Origin: an uncultured Woeseiaceae bacterium
Lineage (GTDB): Bacteria; Pseudomonadota; Gammaproteobacteria; Steroidobacterales; Woeseiaceae
Assembly: GCA_945787845.1 (NCBI GenBank)
Contig: CALZJH010000009.1
Span: forward strand, 35,208-99,207
Reading direction: 5' to 3'
Length of the DNA stretch: 64,000 bases
Shown: piece by piece, positions 1 to 9,484 of the stretch
Position numbering within the stretch: the first letter of the stretch is position 1
How the letters are laid out: each line of letters begins with the position of its first letter
Notes under the pieces: generated by a model
Seen by the model: the letters and a program-made list of their open reading frames with translations, nothing else
Databases searched by the model: none
Told to the model about the DNA's origin: nothing
Position numbers and translations under genes: made by a program

Positions 1-501
1 CGATGCGCCGTCCTCAAGAACCTCGATGCGGTCGATGATGCCGACCGGAATCGTGTTCAGGTCGGTCGCCGACGACACGCCGCTCGCCGATGAGCCGTTG
101 ACCCAGCGAACCCCGTCGACAAGGATCAAGGTACGCTTGGCGCCGAGGAAACGAAGGTCCATCTGCGCCGCGCCGGCACCGATGCCGCCACCGTCCGGCG
201 GGAAGCCGAAGTTGCCACTGCTGTTGAACCGCGTGTTGAGCGCGCCGCCCGATGACGACAAGCGTTGCAAGTAATCCCCGATCGAGGTCAGACCCGACCG
301 ATTGATGTCTTCTTTGCTGATTTGCAGGACCGGTGACGCCTCATCAAGCGGATTACGACGTATGCGCGATCCCGTGACGATAACTTCTTCGAGCGTGTCA
401 TCGGCCGACGTGTCCTGTTGCGCGTTGGCATCCGAAGATACAAACGCCCCGAATGCAAGAGTTGAGGCCGCAAAAAGGGCCAGAATATGCGAGTTTTTCA
501 T
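1..501 (-). CDS. TonB-dependent receptor, N-terminal part (gene continues past the window start)
   Basis: This ORF is absent from the track because it runs off the edge. Reverse-strand translation from the ATG at 501-499 gives [29 protein letters not shown] (signal peptide). It continues with [24 protein letters not shown] (TonB box/plug) and LILVDGVRW...[12 protein letters not shown], and the frame is open to position 1. Confidence 0.85.
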   Translation of the reverse strand, partial: MKNSHILALFAASTLAFGAFVSSDANAQQDTSADDTLEEVIVTGSRIRRNPLDEASPVLQISKEDINRSGLTSIGDYLQRLSSSGGALNTRFNSSGNFGFPPDGGGIGAGAAQMDLRFLGAKRTLILVDGVRWVNGSSASGVSSATDLNTIPVGIIDRIEVLEDGAS

Positions 502-516
502 TGTTTCCCCCTGTTA

Positions 517-548
517 GTGTTTTGAGTAAACACCCTGTGTTTTGAGTA
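517..548. repeat. Tandem 12-mer GTGTTTTGAGTA x2 (517-528 and 537-548) in the receptor leader
   Basis: The exact direct repeat was read from the sequence. It has a 20-bp period and lies 16-47 nt upstream of the receptor start codon. Confidence 0.5.
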
Positions 549-744
549 TAGAAGAGCTTCAAAGTTTCGCCATGGGATCCCGCGCATCAGCTGACAGCGC
601 TGTCATTTCATGCCAAAATAGCAGTACGTGTCTTTTTGCCTCGGAAACGGCACGAGGTTTGAAAGATCCACAGAGCAGCATCGAGTTCGCGATTTCGCTC
701 GCCGACGCGGCAGATGATTCAGGTATTGCAGGAGCGCAAGAGAG

Positions 745-1155
745 ATGAACAAGTCAAAAACGAATCCCTATCCTACTCTCAGCAAAATGGGCGTAGAGAG
801 TCCGAAGCAAATCGACAACTACTACATCTCCAGCATCAATTTCGTTGATGTTCTGAGGATCGTCTATGAGCGACCCAAGGACTCTTACCTGCCGTCCAGT
901 AGAACCTACAAGTTTCCCCGGGTTCCGAGTAGTGACGAGTCCAATGGTCAGAAGAACAAGGAAGCAGGCGTATTGAAGACTCACCCAATGCTGCGCTCAG
1001 CCCTGGAGGAGTTGCAGAAGATCTTTGCAGCAAGATCCAGCAAGGAGAGCATTGCCGCTGAGATCCTAAGCGAAATCGCGTTGCTCGAAGAAGACATAGC
1101 GATGCGCAGCGAATGCCTGAAAGTACTTGTCAGCAAGATTCCAGCTGTCGATTGA
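745..1155 (+). CDS. DUF3461-like small cytoplasmic protein
   Basis: The ORF is 136 aa. The N-terminus (YPTLSKMGVESPKQIDNYY), the size and the helical acidic C-terminus resemble the gammaproteobacterial DUF3461 family as I remember it. There is no catalytic motif. Confidence 0.5.
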   Translation: MNKSKTNPYPTLSKMGVESPKQIDNYYISSINFVDVLRIVYERPKDSYLPSSRTYKFPRVPSSDESNGQKNKEAGVLKTHPMLRSALEELQKIFAARSSKESIAAEILSEIALLEEDIAMRSECLKVLVSKIPAVD

Positions 1156-1278
1156 ATTCTTAACGAATACACTCGCAGAGGTGCGGGCCGACACTGTCGA
1201 CAGCCGGCACCGCGCGATTGCACAATGCTTCGGCATAGCCGATGATCATCTCGACGAAAGTAGCCGGGGATATTCGAG

Positions 1279-2061
1279 GTGGTAGAGACGACGAACGTCA
1301 TCGTTCTGGGGTTTGTCGCGAGTCTTTGCGCCAGTGCCGGTACGGCTGTCGGCAGCCTTGGCGTGCTTTTCATTTCGAGCCTGTCACGCAGGCTAGAGGA
1401 CGGTCTGCTCAGCGTCGCGGCAGGCATCATGCTGGCCGCAACTTTCTTTTCGCTGCTGCTGCCAGGGCTCGAATACGCCGGGATGCAGCATAGCGAGGTT
1501 CTGTCCGTTGGAATCGTCTCCTCGGGCCTGCTGCTTGGCGCAGTATCGCTGTTCGCGATTCATCAGCATGTGCCTCACGAACATTTTCAGCTTGGTCGCG
1601 AGGGCGCCGAGAGGACCGAGCTTAGTCGAATCTGGCTATTCGTCATCGCGATCACGTTGCACAATTTTCCCGAGGGTATGGCCGTCGGCGTCGGATTCGC
1701 AGGCGGAGAGCTTTCAAACGGGCTGCCGCTCGCTCTCGGCATCGGTTTGCAGAATATCCCGGAGGGTCTCGCCGTATCCGTTGCGCTGCTGTCCGTCGGC
1801 TACAAAAAGATGCAGTGCATGCTCGTCGGAGCGCTGTCAGGCCTTGTCGAGCCACTTGGCGGACTTGTCGGCGCCATAGCGGTGTCGAGCGCGGCGGCGC
1901 TGATGCCCTGGGCCCTGGCGTTTGCTGCCGGCGCGATGCTGTTTATCATCAGCGACGAGATCATTCCCGAAACGCACAGTGCCGATAACAAGAATCTCGC
2001 GACCTTCAGCCTGCTCGGCGGGTTTGTCATTATGATGGTTCTGAATACTGTTATCGGCTGA
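1279..2061 (+). CDS. ZIP-family divalent metal (zinc) transporter
   Basis: The protein is multi-pass hydrophobic and carries HNFPEGMAVGVGF and GLQNIPEGLAVSVAL, the paired ZIP/ZupT-type metal-binding TM motifs. Confidence 0.85.
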   Translation: MVETTNVIVLGFVASLCASAGTAVGSLGVLFISSLSRRLEDGLLSVAAGIMLAATFFSLLLPGLEYAGMQHSEVLSVGIVSSGLLLGAVSLFAIHQHVPHEHFQLGREGAERTELSRIWLFVIAITLHNFPEGMAVGVGFAGGELSNGLPLALGIGLQNIPEGLAVSVALLSVGYKKMQCMLVGALSGLVEPLGGLVGAIAVSSAAALMPWALAFAAGAMLFIISDEIIPETHSADNKNLATFSLLGGFVIMMVLNTVIG

Positions 2062-2100
2062 CGAATGCCGGTGACCGGGCTCCGAAGGAACGCCAGATAA

Positions 2101-3420
2101 TTGTCCAGAGATAAATTCCGTTTTCCCACGATAACCGCCATCGTAATCGCCAACATGGTTGGCACCGGCGTGTTCACGAGCCTCGGCTTTCAACTTCTCG
2201 ATATCCAGTCCGGCTTTGTCATCCTGGTGTTGTGGGCACTGGGTGGACTGATCGCCGTGTCCGGCGCCATGACCTATGCCGAGCTGGGGGCGGCATTCCC
2301 CCGTTCGGGCGGTGAGTACAATTTTCTCTCCGAGATTTATCATCCGGCCGTGGGATTCGTGGGCGGCTGGACGTCCCTGACGATTGGCTTCGCGGGACCT
2401 TCCGCACTTGCGGCGATGACGTTTGCTGCCTATGCCACATCGATCCTCGAAGTAGCACCATCGGCCTGGCTGGAGCGCGCCCTGGCCGTGGGGCTGGTGG
2501 TCATATTGACCCTCGTGCACGCTGGCCGACGCCGCAACAGCGGGGGTATCCAGGTGATCTTCACGATCCTCAAGGTCGCTGTCATTGTTGGTTTTTGCCT
2601 GGTGGCTTATCTATTCATTGACGAGCCCCAGCCGGTACGATTTCTGCCGTCTGCGGAAGACAGCACGCTCTTTACCGACAGCGCATTTGCCATCTCCCTG
2701 ATCTACGTCAGTTATGCCTACACGGGCTGGAATGCCGCAACCTATCTCTCGAGTGAACTCGAGAACCCTCAGCGCACGCTGCCCACCATCTTGCTCACGG
2801 GGACGCTCGTCGTGACGCTGTTGTACGTCGCGTTGAATTTCATCTTTCTGTATGCCGCACCGGTTGCTGACCTCCAGGGACAGGTCGAAGTGGGGCTGAT
2901 CGCGGCGAAGGCTGCGTTTGGTGAGGTGGGTGGGCGATTCACGGGCCTCGTGCTCGCGCTGCTGTTGATCTCGACGGTCAGCGCCATGCTGATGGCCGGC
3001 CCGCGGGTACTGCAGGTCATGGGACAGGATTTTCACATCCTGCGTAGCATTTCCCGGGTCAATGAGGACGGCATCCCGACGACCGCGATCGTCATCCAGT
3101 CTGCCCTTGCGATTCTGTTCATCCTGACAGCGAGCTTTGAGTCCGTGCTGCTGTTTGCAGGATTCACGCTGGCACTGAACAGTTTTGTTACCGTGCTCGG
3201 CGTGTTTGTGCTGCGGTGGCGGCAACCCGGGCTGGAGCGACCGTACCGGACGTTTCTGTATCCGCTGCCACCGCTCATCTACCTGGCGCTGATGGGCTGG
3301 ACCCTGGGGTTCGTCCTGGTGAACCGGCCGGTCGAGGGACTGTTCGGGCTGGGCGTGATCGTGTCCGGGCTGGTTATTTATTGGCTTTTGAGTGGTAGCG
3401 ATGCGTCGTCGGACCTTTGA
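2101..3420 (+). CDS. APC-superfamily amino acid permease
   Basis: The 439-aa polytopic protein has the N-terminal IANMVGTGVFTSLGF motif. The only available start is the TTG at 2101, directly after an in-frame stop. Confidence 0.8.
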   Translation: MSRDKFRFPTITAIVIANMVGTGVFTSLGFQLLDIQSGFVILVLWALGGLIAVSGAMTYAELGAAFPRSGGEYNFLSEIYHPAVGFVGGWTSLTIGFAGPSALAAMTFAAYATSILEVAPSAWLERALAVGLVVILTLVHAGRRRNSGGIQVIFTILKVAVIVGFCLVAYLFIDEPQPVRFLPSAEDSTLFTDSAFAISLIYVSYAYTGWNAATYLSSELENPQRTLPTILLTGTLVVTLLYVALNFIFLYAAPVADLQGQVEVGLIAAKAAFGEVGGRFTGLVLALLLISTVSAMLMAGPRVLQVMGQDFHILRSISRVNEDGIPTTAIVIQSALAILFILTASFESVLLFAGFTLALNSFVTVLGVFVLRWRQPGLERPYRTFLYPLPPLIYLALMGWTLGFVLVNRPVEGLFGLGVIVSGLVIYWLLSGSDASSDL

Positions 3421-3492
3421 CAAAACAGGCCGTTGATGAGACGGTGATTGGTCAGTAAAGCCCTGAAAACCCAGCTAGTGAAGGAGTTCGAG

Positions 3493-4185
3493 ATGTTCAT
3501 GAAACCTCGACATGCCGGAAACGCGCTCATGGGCCTGTTTCTCTCCGGCCTTATGCTGTCTCACACCGCGGCTGCCGGTGTATCTACCAAGCAAGACAGC
3601 GTCACTAGTCCTGACTACGCAGGGTTTCAGCTCTCTACCGTGGTGCTTCGGATAGATTCTGAGGATCCTGATCGAAAAGTCGTATTGGAGCATTTCCTGA
3701 AGAAGGAACTGGCGAAGGAAGGTGTTACCGTCCACCTGTACGATGACGTTTTTCCGGCGACGCAGGCCTGGACCGACGAGAGCATGCGCGAGGTTCATGA
3801 AGCGCTGTCTATCGAAGGCATCATGCACGTTCAGCATGTTGGCGATGTAGCGTCTCACGACCCATTGTCCCAGACGCAGCGCGTTCGCTACAGCGAAACG
3901 TCGATGCCAACGAGAAGTGACCAGCCGTCCGGTCGTTATGGCGGAGGACCCGCTGGCGCGGTTGGCTATACCGAGTCGGCCAGCGGCTACGCCACGGGAC
4001 CGCATGCGCAGACGGCCCGGTACCAGGTTGCACTCATGGAGCCGACTCAGGGGCGCGAGGTCTGGCGCTCGAGCATTGAGACGCGGGTGACGGGCAACCA
4101 CAGCAAGCACCAAAAAACCGCGAAGAGCACCGCCAAAGCGATCATTCGCGACCTGACAGAGAGCGAACTAATCCCGCAAGATTGA
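3493..4185 (+). CDS. Hypothetical secreted protein
   Basis: An AAGGAG Shine-Dalgarno lies 6 nt before the ATG at 3493. The signal-like N-terminus reads MFMKPRHAGNALMGLFLSGLMLSHTAAA. I recognise no family. Confidence 0.5.
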   Translation: MFMKPRHAGNALMGLFLSGLMLSHTAAAGVSTKQDSVTSPDYAGFQLSTVVLRIDSEDPDRKVVLEHFLKKELAKEGVTVHLYDDVFPATQAWTDESMREVHEALSIEGIMHVQHVGDVASHDPLSQTQRVRYSETSMPTRSDQPSGRYGGGPAGAVGYTESASGYATGPHAQTARYQVALMEPTQGREVWRSSIETRVTGNHSKHQKTAKSTAKAIIRDLTESELIPQD

Positions 4186-4209
4186 GGCGCTCTCGATCAG
4201 GCGTGTGGC

Positions 4210-7200
4210 CTAGAACTCTGTGGGCGCCGGCGGTGCTTTGACCGCTCCCGGCGGCGTCTTCTCCAGTTCCTCGAGCAAGACCTTCACGGCTTCCTCGAGA
4301 GTCGGGTCCTTGCCCGCGGCCACGAGTTCAGGCCGATCCACGACTTCGATATCCGGGGACACACCTTCGTTCTCGACGGCCCACTCATTGTCCGTGTCCA
4401 TGAAGCGGAACGTCGACGCCAGGATGCTGCCGCCATCGGCCAGTGACGGATTGCCCGAAATGCCGATCAGCCCGCCCCAGGTGCGCGTGCCAATCAACGG
4501 CCCCAGTCCGAGCTTCTTGAAGTAGTACGGGAATGCGTCGCCGCCCGACGACGAATAGCCATTGATCAACGTTGCCTTGGGACCGGTGTGTGAGAAGGTC
4601 GGTGTGGCGAGCGGCTCGAGGCCGCGGCGCTTCCAGTAGTTCAGCGGCCTTCGGGAGACGAGTTCGATCATACGGTCCGGAATGAAGCCGCCGCCGTTGT
4701 AGCGCGCATCGATGATCAAGGCGTCCTTGTTCATCTGCGGCAAGAACCGTTTGAACAACTCGCGGTTGCCGTCGCCGGCCGTATTCGGCAAGTGCACGTA
4801 GCCGATGCGCCCGCCTGACAGCTCGTCGACGCGGCGCGCACGATCCTCGACCCAGTCGAGATAACGCAGCTGCGTTTCGGAGGTGACGGTCCGGACCATG
4901 ACATCGCGACTGCCGCGCTTGCTCGGCCTGTCGTTCACGGTCAGCGTCACGACGTCGCCCCCCGTATTCTCGAGTAGCTGATAGAAGTTCTGTGTATCTT
5001 TCGTCGATACGCCGTTGACGGCGACAACGTAGTCGCCGACCGAAACATCGACGCCGGGTGCGGCCAAGGGCGAGTAGAAGGCCGCTTGCCAGGTTTCGCC
5101 CTTGAAGATCTTGCTGATTTGGTAGGCATCACCCTCGCGTTTGAATTCGGCACCGAGCAGACCGCCGTTGCGACGCTCGACCGCGGGCTGGTCGCCTGAC
5201 TGAACATAGATATGCCCTGCGTTCATCTCCCCCGCGATCTCGCCAAATATATAGTCGAGATCGGCGCGGTGAGCGACGTGCTTCACGAGCGGCTCGTACT
5301 TGCTTCGAATCGCGTCCCAGTCCATGCCATGCATGTTCGGGTCGTAGAACCAGTCGCGCAGGATGCGCCAGCCGTCGACATACATCTGCTGCCATTCGAT
5401 CGTCGGATCGACGAGTAACTCCATGTCGTCGAGTTCCAGTCGGCCTTCGGACGCGTCCTGCTCGGCAGCGAGATCGGCGATGCCCAGTGCGCTGCTGGCC
5501 GAGTACAGAACCTTCTCCCCGTTGCCGGAAAGCGAGAAGCTCTCAACACCCTCGAGGACAGTCACCTCTTCCTCGTCTTCGAGATTGAAAAGCATGACCT
5601 TGTTATCGCCGTTCTGGCCGGACACATACACGGGCCCCTTGGGCGATGCGGCGAGGTTGTTGTAGTTGCCGCCGCCAGACTGCAAAGCGACTACTCGATC
5701 CTCGAGCCCGTCGAAATCGATATTGACCATGACCGCTTCGTCTTCCGACTCGCCATTGTCTTCATCGTCATTGGCGTCACTGGCCACCGCCACTTCGTCA
5801 CTCTTTGGCAGGAACAACGCAGGTTGGTCGGCATTCAGCTGCGCGGCGTAGACGCGCGTCGAATTGGTCACCATGTAGTTGAACTCGATCGAGCTGAACT
5901 GCAGGTCCTGGTCGCGCGACGACAGGAAATACAGGTAGCGGCCCTGCGGATCGAACACAGGTTCGCTCTCATTCGTCATGCTCGACGTGACCGCGTAATT
6001 GCGCCTGTCCGCTAATGAATGGACCCAGACATCACCAATCCCCATCTCATTGTTCTTTACGTAGGTCACGAAGCGACTGTCAGGCGCCCAGCTGTAGTCG
6101 GTGATGTCGTTGTAGACAGACGAATCGATGACGCGTACCCGCCCGCTATCGACCTGCACGACATTCAGCCGCTGCTTTTTGTCGCCGAAAATGAGCATGT
6201 TCGAGTCGGGAGACCAAACCGGTGCAAATCGCCAGATCGCACCGTCCTTCGTGACTTGCCGGGCATCGCCGCCACCCACTGGCCGCACCCAGATTTCGTA
6301 TTCGCCGGACGCGTCCGACAGGTAGGCGAGAAGTTTGCCGTCCGGGGACCAGCTTGCATTGATCTCGCGCGTCTCGGGGGTGCGCGTGAGGTTTCTCACC
6401 GGCCCGTCTTTGGCCGGGACGCTGAAGACATCGCCGCGAGCCGTGATAAGAACACGATTGGCACTCGGCGAGAGGTCGGCAGATTCGATGAACTCCGAGG
6501 CTTCGACGACCCTTGGCAGCGTTGCCGGGCGATCGCCGCCGACCGAAATCTCGAGCCGTCGTGACTCGCCGCTGCGCGGATCGTAACGGTAGAGCCAGCC
6601 GCCGTTCTCGTATACGACGGCCGAGGGGCCGGCGCTCGCCCACAGAACGTCGAACTCCGTATGCGAGGTCACGGCTTCGGAACCGTCCGGCGAGTAGCGA
6701 TAGAGGTTGAGCGTGTAGTCGCGGTCGGACGTGAAGTAGATGTTGTCACCGACCCAGACTGGCTGGTGATCGGTTGCGGGGTTGTCGGTCAGTTGTTCCG
6801 ACGTGTTGTTGTCGAGATCGTAAATCCAGACCTCCTGAGCGCGACCGCCGCGATAGCGCTTCCAGGTCCGGAACTCGCGATCGATCGGCGTATACACAAC
6901 CTTGCTGCCGTCAGGCGAGAACATGCCGCCACCGCCTTCCGGGATTGCCATTGGCATTTCATCGCCACCGCTGGCCGGAACCAGGTGGTAGCGGCCCATA
7001 CGCACGCCCCAGGGCAGGCGATTGGCTCGCACCAGCACGTGCTGCCCGTCTCGCGTCCAGTCGAGAACGCGGTAATCCGAGCCGCCACGTGGCGGCATGG
7101 CGCCGACATCGTTGTACCAGGTCAATTGCCGTGGCGTGCCGCCACTCGATGGGATCACGTAAACCTGCCGGGTACCGTTGTACTCGGCGGAATAGGCCAC

Positions 7201-7428
7201 CTGCGACCCGTCCGGTGAGAACTTCGGGAACTGCTCCAGGCCTTCGTGGGACGTGAGCCGGACAGCGGTACCGCCGCTTGACGGCGCAACGTAGAGATCA
7301 CCGGCATAGACGAAGACCACGCGATCTTCATGAATGTCGGGGAAGCGCAGTAAGCGCGTGTCGTCGGCGAATCCTGCTTGCGCGATCGCAAGCAACAAAA
7401 CGAACGGAATAATCCTGAAAGCCAGCAT
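4210..7428 (-). CDS. Tricorn-protease-like S41 peptidase (beta-propeller + PDZ + S41 domains) with signal peptide
   Basis: The protein is 1072 aa. It has the N-terminal signal MLAFRIIPFVLLLAIAQAGFA and TolB/WD40-like repeats (FSPDGS, WSPDG, WAPDS). The PDZ-like middle and C-terminal S41 region (NGGGFIPDRMIELV, GYSSSGGDAFPYYFK) match the tricorn architecture. Confidence 0.85.
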   Translation of the reverse strand: MLAFRIIPFVLLLAIAQAGFADDTRLLRFPDIHEDRVVFVYAGDLYVAPSSGGTAVRLTSHEGLEQFPKFSPDGSQVAYSAEYNGTRQVYVIPSSGGTPRQLTWYNDVGAMPPRGGSDYRVLDWTRDGQHVLVRANRLPWGVRMGRYHLVPASGGDEMPMAIPEGGGGMFSPDGSKVVYTPIDREFRTWKRYRGGRAQEVWIYDLDNNTSEQLTDNPATDHQPVWVGDNIYFTSDRDYTLNLYRYSPDGSEAVTSHTEFDVLWASAGPSAVVYENGGWLYRYDPRSGESRRLEISVGGDRPATLPRVVEASEFIESADLSPSANRVLITARGDVFSVPAKDGPVRNLTRTPETREINASWSPDGKLLAYLSDASGEYEIWVRPVGGGDARQVTKDGAIWRFAPVWSPDSNMLIFGDKKQRLNVVQVDSGRVRVIDSSVYNDITDYSWAPDSRFVTYVKNNEMGIGDVWVHSLADRRNYAVTSSMTNESEPVFDPQGRYLYFLSSRDQDLQFSSIEFNYMVTNSTRVYAAQLNADQPALFLPKSDEVAVASDANDDEDNGESEDEAVMVNIDFDGLEDRVVALQSGGGNYNNLAASPKGPVYVSGQNGDNKVMLFNLEDEEEVTVLEGVESFSLSGNGEKVLYSASSALGIADLAAEQDASEGRLELDDMELLVDPTIEWQQMYVDGWRILRDWFYDPNMHGMDWDAIRSKYEPLVKHVAHRADLDYIFGEIAGEMNAGHIYVQSGDQPAVERRNGGLLGAEFKREGDAYQISKIFKGETWQAAFYSPLAAPGVDVSVGDYVVAVNGVSTKDTQNFYQLLENTGGDVVTLTVNDRPSKRGSRDVMVRTVTSETQLRYLDWVEDRARRVDELSGGRIGYVHLPNTAGDGNRELFKRFLPQMNKDALIIDARYNGGGFIPDRMIELVSRRPLNYWKRRGLEPLATPTFSHTGPKATLINGYSSSGGDAFPYYFKKLGLGPLIGTRTWGGLIGISGNPSLADGGSILASTFRFMDTDNEWAVENEGVSPDIEVVDRPELVAAGKDPTLEEAVKVLLEELEKTPPGAVKAPPAPTEF

Positions 7429-7468
7429 TAACGGTCTCCATATCGGCGAGGCGGCTATCCTACCATCG

Positions 7469-7497
7469 AAAATGGGGCCCGCAGTGGCGCAGCGGGC
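7469..7497 (-). terminator. Possible rho-independent terminator after the 7500-7805 gene
   Basis: On the minus strand GCCCGC-N9-GCGGGC is followed by CCCATTTTCG. The stem is short and the T-run is weak. Confidence 0.35.
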
Positions 7498-7499
7498 TG

Positions 7500-7805
7500 T
7501 CAGTCGGCTGGCTTCAGCATCCGCGAGTCAAATTCATAATGTGAGCCGTTCAGTGCTTCCAGATTGACTTCCCAGATCTCATCGTCGGGAATGCTGGTGC
7601 GCTCGTGCCCAGGCAGTTCGCGTTCGTCGTCGACCTGTAATCCCCAGACTCGAACGTTGCGCACGCCGGCGACAGGAATGCGTGTTGCATTGAAGCGCGC
7701 GCTTAGCGCCGGATCGACATCGTCGCTGGCCCAGATGGCGAAGCCGCAGTCGAGAATGCTGGCAACGTGTGCCGGCATGGTGGGTGAGCGTTTTTCTTCG
7801 GTCAT
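7500..7805 (-). CDS. Hypothetical small acidic protein
   Basis: I trimmed the track ORF (7500-7952) to the ATG at 7805 (MTEEKRSPTMPAHV...), because the upstream part would overlap the divergent 5'-nucleotidase start. I recognise no family. Confidence 0.4.
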   Translation of the reverse strand: MTEEKRSPTMPAHVASILDCGFAIWASDDVDPALSARFNATRIPVAGVRNVRVWGLQVDDERELPGHERTSIPDDEIWEVNLEALNGSHYEFDSRMLKPAD

Positions 7806-7906
7806 GGCGCAGGCCTCTCTACCGCGTATGATGTGCCAACATTCAGTGGCCTCGAACACGGTACTGCGCGGCCCGCATCCAGACAATCCGGGGGAATCCC
7901 TATCCC

Positions 7907-9484
7907 ATGTTTCGACAATCACTCCTGACACTGCTGACACTCGCTCTGGCAACGCTCTGTGCGTGCGACGGGGTCGACGCGAGCAGCGATGCGCAGAGCA
8001 CGACCGTCACGCTGCTCTTTACCAACGATGTCGAAAGCGCGTACGACCCGATCCCGGCGTTCTGGCTTGAGGGCCAGGAGATGATTGGCGGCATTGCCGA
8101 GATGACGACGCTCATCAAGGAAATACGAGCGGAGGAACCCAACGTGTTCCTGTTCGATTCCGGCGATATTTTCACGGGGGCACTTGCGAAGCTCACGGAA
8201 GGTCGGCTGGCCTTCGAACTCATGATCACGATGGGCTACGACGCCATGGCGATCGGCAACCACGAATTCGAATACGGTCATGAAGTGTTCGCCTGGCAAA
8301 AGAACCGCGCGCCTTTCCCGGTGCTCGGGGCGAACTTCTTCTACAAGGACACCACGCATCCTTACGCGCAGGCACATGCGGTCATCGAGCGTGACGGTAT
8401 CCGAATTGGCGTTATCGGCATCATGGGACAGGATGCGGTCAGTGCGATTATTCCCTCGTTCATCGAGCCACTGGACGTCACGGTCCCGGCAGACGCCGTG
8501 CAGCGCTCGGTCGATGAGCTGCGTGACCAGGTGGACCTCATCGTGTTGCTGACGCACCAGGGCAAAACCGCACCCATGCAGACCGACGCAGAGAGCGACC
8601 CGCGCCTGCAGCGCGACATCGATGCTGATATTCATCTCGCAGGGGCGGTGACCGGTGTTGACGTGCTGTTCGCGGGCCATGCCGACGCGGGCACGCCTGA
8701 GCCGATCGTGCATGAGAAGACCGGCACAATCATCATGCAGACCTACGGCCAGGCAACTCACCTGGGGTATCTGCAGCTCACACTGGACCCGGATTCACGG
8801 CGAGTTGAAGGCCACGACGGCCGCTTGATCCCCGTGGACCCGGCGCTGCACGCGCCCGACCCGGACGTCCATGCCAAGTTGTCAGCCTACCGCAGCGCGT
8901 ACCCGGAGATTCAGGCCGTGGTTGGCAGAACAGCGGCCCGGATGAATCGTCGTTACATTGAGGAATCCGACGTCGGTCACCTGTTCGCGGATGCCTTTGT
9001 CGCCTCGGCCGGTGCCGACGTGGCCTTTGTCCACAGTGGGAGCCTTAGAAAAGACCTTCCCGGCGGCGACGTACGCGTCGTCGATCTCCTCGATACGTAT
9101 CCGTTCGTTGACGACGTGATCGTGAAGGAAATGACCGGCGCGCAAATTCGGCGAGCGCTGGAACAGTCGTTTACCCTCGAGCGCGGCCTGTTACAGGTGG
9201 CTGGCCTCAACGTGACGTACGACCTGAGCCGGCCGGTGGGACAGCGCCTGGTTTCGCTGCAGCGAAATGCTGCGCCGGTTCTGGATACCGATCGGTTGCG
9301 GGTCGCGGCACCGGGTTTTCTTGCCGAGGGTGGGGACCTGTACACGATGTTCGCCGAATTGGACGCGATCGGCAATGCCGGCAAGGTATCGGATGTCGTC
9401 GCCGCGTACTTTGCGCAGCAGGACGAAGTCGGTGTGCCGTCGCGTCAGCGGCAGATAGACGTCGGACCGACTAGTCCGCAATGA
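7907..9484 (+). CDS. Bifunctional metallophosphatase/5'-nucleotidase (UshA-like), lipoprotein-type signal
   Basis: The signal sequence is LLTLALATLCAC. Metallophosphoesterase motifs are GDIFTG and GNHEFEYG, and a C-terminal 5'-nucleotidase substrate-binding region follows. Confidence 0.85.
   Translation: MFRQSLLTLLTLALATLCACDGVDASSDAQSTTVTLLFTNDVESAYDPIPAFWLEGQEMIGGIAEMTTLIKEIRAEEPNVFLFDSGDIFTGALAKLTEGRLAFELMITMGYDAMAIGNHEFEYGHEVFAWQKNRAPFPVLGANFFYKDTTHPYAQAHAVIERDGIRIGVIGIMGQDAVSAIIPSFIEPLDVTVPADAVQRSVDELRDQVDLIVLLTHQGKTAPMQTDAESDPRLQRDIDADIHLAGAVTGVDVLFAGHADAGTPEPIVHEKTGTIIMQTYGQATHLGYLQLTLDPDSRRVEGHDGRLIPVDPALHAPDPDVHAKLSAYRSAYPEIQAVVGRTAARMNRRYIEESDVGHLFADAFVASAGADVAFVHSGSLRKDLPGGDVRVVDLLDTYPFVDDVIVKEMTGAQIRRALEQSFTLERGLLQVAGLNVTYDLSRPVGQRLVSLQRNAAPVLDTDRLRVAAPGFLAEGGDLYTMFAELDAIGNAGKVSDVVAAYFAQQDEVGVPSRQRQIDVGPTSPQ

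Noticed and set aside
502-744. Cobalamin, TPP or other riboswitch, or a Fur box, upstream of the TonB-dependent receptor
   Set aside because: I could not find the B12-box/GCCACTG core, the TPP CUGAGA...ACCUGA core, or a GATAATGATAATCATTATC-like Fur box on the transcribed strand.
542-748. 68-aa ORF in the receptor/DUF3461 intergenic region
   Set aside because: It has no RBS and no recognisable fold. It occupies the leader region, which is better explained as regulatory DNA or a 5' UTR.
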